Of a DNA stretch of 64,000 nucleotides, positions 27,067 through 38,742 are shown one piece after another. Below the pieces are notes generated by a model. It saw only the letters and a list, made by a program, of their open reading frames with translations, was not told where the DNA came from and did not search any database. Position numbers and translations under genes: made by a program. The stretch is taken from assembly GCA_951406725.2 (NCBI GenBank), contig OX597821.1, positions 9,486,001 through 9,550,000 on the forward strand, given 5' to 3'. This DNA is from Octopus vulgaris. Taxonomy: Eukaryota. Every line of letters starts with the position of its first letter. The first letter of the stretch is position 1.

Positions 27067-29850
27067 TCAAATGGATACTGCGAAGCAGTCGCTGTATTCA
27101 GTCAAACCAACACCTTAACAGTAGTTGGGCTCTACAGACCACCCCAAACGCCCCTACCATGCTTCAAGGAATGCCTCAACAGCATAAAGTGTTTCATTCA
27201 GCAGTGTCAACCTGACAACATTTTAATGATGGGAGACTTCAACCTTCCCGGGGTTGACTGGTCTACAAACAGTCTGCCGCCAGGTTCTTCTCTCTCAACC
27301 CCTGACAGGGAGGCAATGGAATCGCTTCTTGACTTCATGGATGATTTCTTGCTGTCCCAACTGGTACTCGAACCAACGAGATGTCATAAAAACGTCTTAG
27401 ACTTAATTTTCAGCAATCACACTGATACTATCCACAATATTGCAGTGGAGGAAACCCTACTCTCCGACCATGACATGGTTCTCTGTGATCTGAGATTTCA
27501 CTGGCCAAAATGCAAAACAAATGTCATCCCTCCTGTTCATCCATTTGACACTATGGATTTCCACAATGCAAACTGGGAAGCGATCAATAATGATCTTGCA
27601 CAAGTCGATTGGTCCTTCACGCACACATACACACCCACTAACATCAAACAGTCCTGACAGTCACTTGTAGACACCATCACGATCATATGTGCAAGACACA
27701 CCCCATTAAGATCTGCAAACAAATCTAAGTGTCGAATCCCTAGAAATAGAACATCTCTCATAAGGAAAATTAAAAGAATTAACAAAAAGATCAACATGCT
27801 GAAATACTGTCAACAGCAACACACCAACCTGACTGCCATCTCGTCGCTAGAGATTAAAAAACATAAACTCCAAAACAACATGATGTCTCTCATTCTCATC
27901 AATAGTCAGCGAAGAGCTGAAGAGGCCTGGGCCATTGAGAAGATCAAACTCAATCCCAAAGTGTTCTTTTCATTTGCAAAAAAACACAGAGTCACTGGTT
28001 CTACTGTTGGCCCTCTGATTGATGAAAATGGTATTCTTCAAGACAATGCCAAAACCATGGGAGAAATATTGCAGAAACAATATTGCTCTGTTTTCAGCAA
28101 TCCTGATATGACTGATCTGGGCTGTATCAGTGATGTTACTCCCCAATACACTTTATCGGACATAACATTTGGCGCTCCTGATGTCTTAGCAGCAATAAAG
28201 GAAATGAAGCATAATTCAGCAGTAGGTCCCGATAGGTTCCCTGCTTGTGTCTTGAAGATGTGTCAAAACCAACTTGCACCCCCTCTAGCCAATTTGTGGC
28301 GGAACTCATTGGATGCTGGATATATACCAGAAGACCTTCTATCCCAGTCTGTTGTCCCAGTTTTCAAAAAAGGAAACAAATCGCTTGCCGTGAATTACCG
28401 TCCAATCTCACTCACCTCTCATATCATCAAGGTATTTGAGAGGGTGCTGAGATCGCGTATGACTCACTTCCTCGAGAGTCATAAGATGCTGAACCCCAAC
28501 CGGCATGGATTGCGTAATGGAAGAGATTGCCTGACGCAGCTACTGCATCATTTTGATGACATTTTGAGAGCCTTGGGAGAAGGTTCCAACACTGATGTCA
28601 TCTACCTTGATTTCAGCAAGGCCTTTGACAGGGTTGATCATAAGATCCTTCTGAGAAAGCTGTCCAATATTGGTGTCACTGGAAAGCTGCTGCAGTGGAT
28701 CAAGTGCTTCCTGTCTAACAGAACCCAACATGTTGTAGTCGAAGGAGTCAAATCCAGCCCAGCCGAAGTCAGCAGTGGTGTTCCACAAGGCACTGTGTTG
28801 GGCCCACTTCTCTTCATCATCTACATAAATGACATTACTGACACCATCAAACACAGTAACATCAGAACCTTCGCTGATGATTCCAAGCTCCAGAAGGTCA
28901 TCAATGGCGTGGATGACCGAATAAACCTTCAGTCAGAACTACTGGCTGTTGTCCAATGGGCGGAAAAGAATAACATGTTGCTAAATGAAGACAAATTCGA
29001 ACTGATCCACTTTGGAAGGGAGGACGCTCTGAAACTCCCATACTCTCTTCCTTCTGGAGAAATTCTCATGGCATCCAACAACATCAGAGACTTGGGAGTA
29101 ACAGTGGACAACAACATAAGCTGGGCTACACATATAAGCAGCAAAGTTGACATGGCCCGCAGAATGTGTTCCTGGATTCTCAGAACCTTCCAGTCGAGAG
29201 ATTCCCACGCTATTATTCTTCTCTTCTCCACTTTTGCCCGACCCCACCTTGAATACTGCTGTCCACTGTGGTCTCCCTACACAAAACAAAATATTATGAG
29301 AATTGAAGCTCCCCAAAGGTCAATCACAAAAAGGATAGATGGCATGTCAGACCTTGACTACTGGGGTAGACTAGAGAAGCTGTAATTGTATTCACTCCAA
29401 CGACGCCGTGAACGCTACATTATCTGTATGATGTGGAAAATATTCCATCAGCACTGTCCGAATGATGTTGGCATCACCTTCAAAATACATCCAAGGCTTG
29501 GACCACGTGCCATCCGTCCACAACAAAAATCTAAATCGCATCACATAACGACAATACGGCACAACTATTTCACCTCAATTGGACCCGCTCTCTTCAACAT
29601 TACACCAGGACACGTCAAAAAAGAAACTGACCACACAAAATTCAAGAAGTCTTTGGACAAATTCCTTCAAACAGTACCGGACAAACCACCCACACCCGGA
29701 TATGTCTCCGCAAACAATAACTCTCTGCTCGAATGGGCCTTGGTGCCCAAATCCTGAACTGAAAGACTTCGACAGGTGGTGCTATTAAGTTAGACATGGC
29801 CTGGGCCAATACTGGCCAAAACCTTTCTAAGTTATTCTAAGTTATTAAGT
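27067..29850 (+). mobile_element. 5'-truncated CR1-like LINE (APE C-terminus and reverse transcriptase), pseudogenised
   Basis: APE motifs LYRPP, MGDFNLP, LDLIFSN, SDH. RT motifs NYRPISLTS, YLDFSKAFDRVDH, GVPQGTVLGPLLF, FADD, RDLGV, RPHLEYC..LWSP, SLQRRRER. In-frame stops at 27655-27657 and 29383-29385. 3' tail of ttctaag/ttattctaag repeats. Inserted in (TA)n. Confidence 0.93.
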
Positions 29851-30030
29851 TATATATATATATATATATATATATATCCAGCCTCCTGAAACTTACTTAA
29901 ATAACACTTTCAAAGAAGAGGTTGAAGTGAGTATGTGCGTATGCGAGGCGAGAGTATGACTTTCCGCGAGGTGTATATGAATGTGTACACGTACACAAAT
30001 ACTTACTTATAATCAGGAATATACACGCAC

Positions 30031-30106
<76 letters not shown>

Positions 30107-30262
30107 TTCAGAAAAAAATTAACGAACACATTAATATCGGTGGGAACCTTTGACATTTCCTCTTGAAAGAGAATTATAGATTACAGATATCTGTATTGAA
30201 GGAAATTTACATTAACAGTATTAAATAATGTTCTGTTACAAATTCCACTGTACCACATGTAA

Positions 30263-30329
<67 letters not shown>

Positions 30330-30378
30330 AGTGGAAATGTATGTGCGCGCGTGTGTATATGCGGCTGATACTTTGTTG

Positions 30379-30410
<32 letters not shown>

Positions 30411-30617
30411 GGTGGTGGCGTGTGTGTGGTGAGTGCAATATTTTAGTAGCTAAATCCTTGGTCTCATGGTCATAAAATTGTGATTTCCATGATCGGATGC
30501 TACTTTATTTCACGTTTCACTACTTCGCTCAAAATTTAGTCAGAACTACGCAGGACCCCGGTTTTATGAATGTGTGCCTCAGGACAAACGATTCATCATT
30601 TGATATACATACATATA

Positions 30618-30693
<76 letters not shown>

Positions 30694-30789
30694 TGTGTGT
30701 GTTTTTTTTAAGTCTGTCGGTAAGCTTATGGAAAGTTACATCTGCTTCACACGCAACTATAATTCGAGTAATGGTAACGCGCGAAGGTA

Positions 30790-31210
30790 AATCTGAGAAA
30801 TAAAGACCTACAGTATAGTATAGGCCATAGCCACTAATATTAAACTGGAGTACTGGCAGAATATCCTATTGAAGACCTCAATAAAATGTAAACACAACTA
30901 ACCTGATATAACGGTTTGGGATAGAGAAGAGAATCTGTGCCCAGTTGTAGAATCTAGCTGCTCAGCGGACGTTAACATAAACCTGAAGATCAGTGAAAAC
31001 GACAGCATCTACACTGAACTGTTGAGAAATCTGCAGTTACTCTATCTAGATTACAAGTTCAGGTTTACACCTGTAATTATTGGAGATTGGGATTTGTAAA
31101 CTGCCTAAATACCAAACTTGGGAAATTAGGCATCACAAAACCAGAAAGAAGAAAGCTAACTCGAACACTACACATCCAATCCATCACTGAAACTGTAAAA
31201 ATCTGTAAAA
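30790..31210 (+). mobile_element. Degenerate 3' fragment of an R4/Dong-like LINE (restriction-like endonuclease)
   Basis: Reads ...YWQN.....IKCKHN*PDITVWDREENLC..VE.SC.ADVNI.LKISE....Y..L......FTPVIIG, a PD-(D/E)xK pattern. A minus-strand copy of its end lies at about 26019-26120. Confidence 0.65.
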
Positions 31211-31334
31211 CGTAACAGTTTATATGCAACTATATGCATGAGATTACATGCATAAAGCAAAACTTGCAAATTTGTACACATAGATACATGCATGCATATA
31301 TACATACAAATTCATATATTCATAAACACACACG

Positions 31335-32517
31335 ATCATAAAAAGCAAAAGACAGCCTAGATCCATGAAAAGTCTCCTAACACAAGCCCGAATTCACTCT
31401 TCAACACAGAAGCCGACAGTAAAAAAATGTGGAAGACCCAATTGCGGGATATGCGACTATCTAATCGAGAGTTCTGAGTTCTCCTTCAAACAGGGACAAC
31501 GGTTTACAGTGAAAAGCAACTTCACATGTGCTTCGGAGAACCTAATATACTCACTAACCTGCTCCGGGTGTCAAGAGCAGTACATAGGCCAAACAAAAAA
31601 TGGTTTGCGTAAACGAATGGCCCTGCACAGATCCCAGATAAAAATTCCCCAAAACAGAAAAATAGCTTTTAGCCAACACATAGATACTTGCGCCAACAAA
31701 AAAACACCAAACTTCAGAATTTTCCCCCTCTACCAATTTAGGGACGATACAACCTCGAGACAACGAATAAGTAAAGAAAATCTCTTTATTATAAAATACA
31801 GGCCACTTCTTAACGGGTCTACGACAAACAATTAATATACCTCAACTTAAGAATAAAAGAAATATATATACACAAACAAATATTACATTCCATAGAATCC
31901 ATTACTAATCGCCCCATCACAGCTATATCTTCACCCATTCATATTCTCCCTTCTCTGTTTTTTTTTCTTCTTCTTCCTCTTCTTCTTCTTCATCATCATC
32001 ATTATCATCATCATCGTCGTCATCGTCATCACCACCATCATCATCGTCATCTTCTCCTTCTCCTTCTCCTTCTTCTTCTTCATCGTCATCATCATCGGCA
32101 CCGTCATCTTCTTCTTCTTCTACTTCTCCACCTTCTACCCCTTAACCTTGTCACTAATGTCTTTAAGTATAACGCCTACGAAGCGACTGCCGGTCGCCAC
32201 TGACCAGCCCAGATTTTCCCACTCCCACCTCCTCAAGAACTCACAACGACCTCGAATACACAAGTGCAAACAAGGGAGTCAGAGAAAGGCAGAATGCCAC
32301 CTATATCTGAACACTACTATGGAAGTATTCCTTTAAAAAAACCTTTCTTCTAATTTTTCTAAATTTTTCTAAATTTAATTATTTAATCGTTACAGTTGAA
32401 AAGGTCTCAAAATGACCGAAACCGGTACTGAAAGATTCACTATAAAATCATCTTAGCATTTTCTATTTTTGACTTGTTTTTTCATATATATCAACTCGTG
32501 TGTTCCTTTCCACCCTT

Positions 32518-32520
<3 letters not shown>
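31335..32520 (+). mobile_element. 5'-truncated Penelope-like element: GIY-YIG endonuclease ORF (31365-31835) plus 3' pLTR
   Basis: KCGRPNCGIC...FTCASENLIYSLTCSGCQEQYIGQT...LRKRMALHR...H...R...E..FI..Y.P.LN is the Penelope GIY-YIG domain with its CCHH motif. A hammerhead follows at 32390-32433. Confidence 0.88.
32390..32433 (+). ncRNA. Minimal type-I hammerhead ribozyme, U3-A8 core variant
   Basis: cag-TTGAAAA-GGTC-tcaaaat-GACC-GAAA-CCGG-TA-ctg: stem I cag/ctg, stem II GGTC/GACC, palindromic stem III ACCGGT, GUA cleavage triplet. Confidence 0.7.
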
Positions 32521-32567
<47 letters not shown>

Positions 32568-33201
32568 TAAGGGTAGAAATTGATATTTATCAATTAAAAC
32601 CAGTGACCTAGCATATTAAAAAAGAATCCGAAGATTAAAATATTTACATATACCAATTAAGGACTGAACACGAAAAGTGGACAGTCAACATGCTAGATAT
32701 AGACGTCAAATCGCCATTCTCCACAAAAAATTATGTTCTCAAATCAAACTCAGCACAAAACCAAAGCAATAAACAAGTGAAAATATACGAAATAAAATAA
32801 TTACCCATGTACTGATCAGTTTCGGCTATTATTATCCGCAAGGATAACTGTAGTATTCATCATCATGGCCCGTTATAAATGCAATTTGCTGGACTAGATG
32901 CAAAAACGATACCGGAGTATCGCGTGCATGGAGTTCAACCTATTACATTCGAATGTATCTTTCAAATGCCTTTACTTTGGCGCGTTGAGACCCGAAAAAA
33001 CCAGCCTGCAGCTAATAATTAGCAGCAGTCAATTTATCGGTTAGAGAACATATTTATTAATATAAAATTAGTTAAGGGTAGAAATTGATATTTATCAATT
33101 AAAACCAGTGGTCTAGCATATTAAAAAAGAATCCGGAGATTAAAATATTTATATATACCAATTAAGGACTAGCATGTTGACTGTCCACTTTTCGTGTTCA
33201 G
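32568..33201 (-). mobile_element. Penelope-like pLTR unit with terminal direct repeat, micro-inversion and degenerate hammerhead
   Basis: About 100-bp direct repeat at 32568 and 33073. Hammerhead remnant on minus 32868-32805: ccatg-ATGATGA-...-tagcc-GAAA-CTGATCAG-TA-catgg. Confidence 0.6.
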
Positions 33202-33360
33202 TATTACCGTAGCAATAATAACAAAAAGAAGCAATGTAAGTATTTTAGTCACTAGTACTGATGAAAATGTTTGTATTCTTCGGTTAAATGAAGCCGCTTT
33301 AAACGGCCGTAATGCATTGATTGCTGGACATCCTTCGTACTTATTTGTTTTATATATAGA

Positions 33361-34762
33361 CGAGGGGCGTTCAATAAGTAATGCCCCTGACCCACTTCCC
33401 ATAGCAGTAGAGCAACGAAACTTGGCACAGTTGTTAGTCTTTTTCTACATAGGAACCACCCAGAGTTACGCATTTCTCCCATCGTTTGATGTAGCTCTGG
33501 AGACCGTTTTTGTAGAAGACCCTAGCTTTGTCCTCCAAACACGACGTGACTTCAGAAATCAAGGCTGCATCATCTGGGAAACGCTTTCCTTTCAAAAACA
33601 ACTTCATGGATGGGAAGAGGTAAAAATCAGAGGGTGCAAGGTCAGGAGAGTAGGGGGATGGGGGAGGAGTTCATAGCCGCATGCCTGTGCTTCTGATCTG
33701 GCGACACGCGAGTTGTGGACCGGAGCGTTGTCCTGCAGGAGGAGGATGCCTTTGTTGATCTTGCCCCGCCTCTTGATTTTGATAGCTTCTCTTAATTTCC
33801 TCAGAAGTGAAGCATAATAGACTCCTGTAATTGTGGTACCCTTTGCCAGGAAATCTGTCATCACTACTACGCCTGTGCTTTGATCTGGCGACACGCGAGT
33901 TGTGGACCGGAGTGTTGTCCTGCAGGAGGAGGATGCCTTTGCTGATCTTGCCCCGCCTCTTGATTTTGATAGCTTCTCTTAATTTCCTCAAAAGTGAAGC
34001 ATAATAGGCTCCTGTAATTATAGTACCCTTTGCCAGGAAATCTGTCATAACTACTGCGTCCTGGTCCCAGAAGACTGTGAGCATGACCCTGCCAGCGGAG
34101 CGCTGCACCCTTGTCTTCTTTGGAGGAGGTGATTCACGGTGCTTCCACTGCCTTGACTGGGCTTTGGTCTCTGGATCATATTTATGGACCCAGGTTTCAT
34201 CCTGTGTAGTCAGGCTTTTGCAAAATTTGGACTCATCTTCTTGGCACATCTCCAAATTCATCCTCGAGCACTCGACGCGTTCTTGCTTCTGGAAAGGCGT
34301 GATCAACCTGAGAATCCATCTGGCAGACACCTTTTGCATATGCAAATGGTCATGAATGATAGTTTCCACAGACCCGGTACTAATCTTGACCGCATGGGAT
34401 ATTTGGCGAATAGTTATGCGTTGACCTTCCAAAATGGCAGCCTCAACTTGACGGACAGATGCCTCGTCAATGGCAGAAGGGGGGCGACCAGATCTGGGAG
34501 CTGTTTCCACAGAATTCCGACCATGTTTGAATTCACGATGCCAGCGTTTTACAAGGTCATATGATGGGGCATCATCACCATAAGTTACTTTCATTTCATC
34601 AAAAGTCTCCTGTGGTGTGCGTCCTTTCAAATACAAAAACCGGATCACTGCTCGACACTCAACAGGCTCCATTTCACACTTGACTTAGTTCAAACACCTG
34701 TAAATCAGCTAGATCAAACAGCTGCAAGTGGGTCAGTGGCATTACTTATTGAACGTCCCTCG
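33361..34762 (-). mobile_element. Full-length mariner (DD34D) transposon, inactivated by an internal ~188-bp tandem duplication and frameshifts
   Basis: TIRs CGAGGGGCGTTCAATAAGTAATGCCCCTGACCCACTT / AAGTGGGTCAGTGGCATTACTTATTGAACGTCCCTCG with TA on the right (GA on the left). Transposase runs from ATG 34672 to TAA 33434 with RSGRP, W(I)LRL, TQDETW, QDN and YSPDLAPSDF motifs. Confidence 0.95.
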
Positions 34763-35056
34763 TATATATCTATATATATATATATATAAGGGATAATGGT
34801 ATCATTGAGACCCAAAGGTGCCAGGTAATGCTAAATAAGGGCTATAGACTGACCATAGTTAAGTTTCAGATTCGGTAATATTGCGAATAAGGGGTTCAAC
34901 TTTGGTTCTGGCAGCGTGTGTATATAAGACTTTTTGGATAATAAGATAAAAAAACTAACCCAAGGGTGTGTAGATATTAGAGCATTTAGAGCATTTGTAT
35001 CTATAAATGCTCTAATATCTACACAGTCTTGGTTTTTATCTTATTACACAAAAAAG

Positions 35057-35126
<70 letters not shown>

Positions 35127-35258
35127 ATGTATGTATGTATGTATGTATGTATGTATGTAGGCTCGAAACGTAAAAGGCTTTCTCACTTCCCGAGCAGTAT
35201 ACTAATACATCTGTTTGTGGTTTACACACTCGTCTTTGTCTTTTTTTTTGTAAATCCT

Positions 35259-35324
<66 letters not shown>

Positions 35325-36699
35325 ATGATGAGAGAGAGAGAGAGAGAGAGAGATGTATAGATATCTTTCTCTGTGTATTTGTATATATCTAGGACTAGAT
35401 ATGGCGATGGGTAAATGACGAATATCGACCACATTAAGAGACAAATAACACAGTAACTCGCCTTTGATATAGTGATTAGACCAACATCGCTTCTTTGTGG
35501 AATTTCATTTGCATTCAAAACATGCCTGAAGTAAAGAAATTCACAGCGACAAATCTAAAAGAGCGAAACTATTCGATGCGAATTTTTCAGGACCTAAAGG
35601 TATCTATGTTTTTAACATTTAAGTGCCCAGAAAATTCTCTTAAAAATGAAAGGAATTTTTTTTTTTCACATGTAAAAATCTTTGCAACTCAAACTTCACA
35701 AGCACATCAATCTCGAATTACAATCCCGTAATTTTCTTCTACACCAAACATTGTTCCCCACCCCTTCTCTTTATACTAATAAACGTTGGTTTTCTTAAGC
35801 CATACTACAGTCATACACATTACGCTTCAGTTACAACGACTACATCATTTAATAGATGTTACAAACTTCAATAACTCCATTCTCTAAACTCCATTCCCTT
35901 TTAACGCTTTCGCTTTCTCTTCTACGTTTCCTAAATTTAGCTTTCTTGTTCTCTTTATAATGTTCATGTTCCGCCCCCTTTCCTTCCTAGTGCAGCTATC
36001 AGTAATCACAAACCACTCTCCACTTTGTGACAACTGAATTATCCTCCCGCTTCATTCTGTTATTCATTTCCTTTCCATATCATATGACGGGTTGAGATGC
36101 TTACATACTGCCATATAATAACACAAGGTGTTTTGAACTGTAATCGGTGTACAAAGAAGGAACAACGCATAGTCAAGTGGTGTGTGCATATTAAACCACA
36201 ATATATAATATAATCAGTATTACAAGACATTGACAGGAGAACACTCAAAAGTAATCATATAACCGTGTGATGGCTTTAAACGCGAATGGAAAATTAGCCA
36301 TATTCAGTTATGAATTGCATCCCAACGTGTCCCCATTTCGCTACATGACAGCACGGCATTCGCACTTACTACCATATATACGACCATGAAGTTCACACCG
36401 CTAAAAGATATGCGTTTATACTATTGCAAAATGAAAATAGTAATATATACTTGTCGATGGAAAGGGAAGCACTCCCTCTAAATTTGTTAGATTTGCACAC
36501 TTACATAGCAAAATATAGAACTACCATTTATTATTTATCAGTAATTTATGTTGTGTTTATAAACAACTTTTCTGATTTGCTCTTGCGAGGAAAAATATTG
36601 GAACAAAAGTATTTCGATACGAGTTTCTGGGTAACAGAACACCCTCCGTGCAAGCACGGGTATATATATATATCAACGAACCGTATTGTATGTGTTTGA

Positions 36700-37800
36700 A
36701 TATATATACAAATATAGAAAACAAAGTTATTTTATTCCACAGGGGTAGAAATATAGGACAAATGGAAGTTGAAAATGAACTGAGAATATTTAAAATATTT
36801 TGATATTAATATACCTAAAGCTTTAACCTGTTACAGAGTTTACACTGATTTTCAAAAAGTTCAAATAGAAAGACGTGGCTTATCTCGCAGCTGTGTTGCT
36901 TCTGATTAGTGTTTGAAGCTTTCTCCATATTTATAGGGAGTTCATGGCTCACATTAGTATGTTTTCAATAGGATTTGGATAGTAGAGGATAGTCACATGA
37001 CTGGTCTTAGAAATTTTAGCAGATTCCCCGCTACGTCCGTGTATTAGTGACAATGTTTGGCGTCGTAATTTAATGTCTGATACGGTTGACTGAACATGTC
37101 TAAACAAGCAATTCTCTGGAAGTTTTCTGTTAAATATTTGTAGAAAATGAACACATTATTAAGTTTATAACCTTTTGTACGTTTCCCGATACGTTCGCGT
37201 GTTAGTGTCACGTGACAGTATATCTTACGCCTAAAAGGAAGGCCGACACGATTGAGTGAACATGTTTATTTACAATCGAGTCTCTCCAAATTGTATCTGT
37301 CTTGTCGGAGAGGTGACCGGAATCGTTTGTACGTAGTCTAGTGGCCAAAATTTATGCGGTTAGCTGTGTAGCATCCTCATGATAAGTGGCAGAATGAATT
37401 TTGTGTGTGAATAGTCATTTGTGTGATGTACTCTGTTAAAGTTTGTCAAGTCTTGGCTTGTAGTTATGTATGAAACCATTTTCTTTAGTTATACGCGTTT
37501 AATCTGTGGTATTGGCTAAACATAGCTAGAGTGAAAACACCTGCAATTTGGAGGACTTACAATTTGCATATATATCTATGTGTCCACTCAGTGAAATCTG
37601 TCTAGATATAGGGTCTCGCATTTGTTGTGGGTGAATGGTCAGTCTATTTCTTATAGTAAGATTTGTTTGACCTATGTAATATTCAATACGTCTTTGACAT
37701 TTGATAGAGTGAATCAAATTCCTTGAAGAAAATGTAAAGTGATTTTTTTAATACTAAATGTCCTTCCATATTTGAATCTGTAAGATTGAGATTTCTTTAG
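36700..37800 (-). mobile_element. Degenerate Penelope-like element (GIY-YIG remnant at about 37440-37790)
   Basis: IHSIKCQRRIEYYIGQTNLTIRNRLTIH.QQMRDP..RQISLSGHID parallels the 31365 ORF. The left boundary is approximate. Confidence 0.7.
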
Positions 37801-38597
37801 AAAGAAAAAACTCAGCCTTTCCCGCTCCAAATACCGGTTGACTGGAGAACCATTCTAGATGTGAATAAAATCCTGTTGCTCGCTGATGACCAATAAAAAT
37901 ACACCTACTGAATTATACATAATTATTAACGACTGTAAATTTATTTGTGACATTTCACAGCAGTGGAAAACTCATGGGCACACATAAATACGAATAACTA
38001 TTCTACAATGAAGCTGCTAGTTATGAGAAACCGCTGCGAAAATGTCGAAAGGTACAGAATGTGCATACGTAAACACCAAGGGCTGACTAGATTACCTCAT
38101 TGTAACTCTCTTCTCACTTCAGCTCCCTCTATCACCTTTTCGTATCCATTTTCGTCTTATATCTATATAAGTCTGACCGCCAAATTATGACTACGTTCAC
38201 TATCCTCTAATTTCACCGTTAAATCCAGAACAGCAGAAAGTCGACACGTGTAAGTTGTATGCGTATATGTTGGCCAAGTGGATTCCCACTTGAGTTATTA
38301 TTAAGAATTGACGATCTGTTTCTATGGCTCCCCAAATTGTAAACGTTCCTGCATGTCTTGGTCAGAAGCCTACAGAGAATACATAAATGAAACGGAATAG
38401 AGTGGAATGTGAATATAAAATTCGGCAACAATTGCTGCGAAGCGCGGAAATGAAAGACGAAAAAAAAGGATGATTTGATTGTGGTACAGATCAGAGGCTC
38501 TTCTCTAGAATTCACGAGATGCTTCTCATAAGCCCGGTGAGAGAAATTGCAGAGTATGTGAAGAAAACGAGAATCGGCAGCAGTAGGAGGAGGAAGA

Positions 38598-38742
38598 GAT
38601 GAAGAAGAAGAAGAAGAAGAAGGAGAAGAAGAAGAAGAAGAAGAAGAAGAAGAAGAAGAAGAAGAATAAGAAGAAGAAGGAGAGAAGAAGAAGAGAAGAA
38701 GAAGAAGAAGAAGAAGAAGAAGAAGAAGAAGAAGAAGAAGGA
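38598..38742. repeat. (GAA)n purine tract
   Basis: Direct reading. Confidence 0.95.

Noticed and set aside
26998-27070. N-terminal part of ORF 26852-27070 (MIYIMVNTF...)
   Set aside because: Intronic read-through upstream of the acceptor; receptor similarity starts only after it.
27796-29385. 529-aa ORF as a host gene or domesticated reverse transcriptase
   Set aside because: It is bounded by in-frame nonsense codons within a 5'-truncated LINE ORF2 that has a typical 3' tail.
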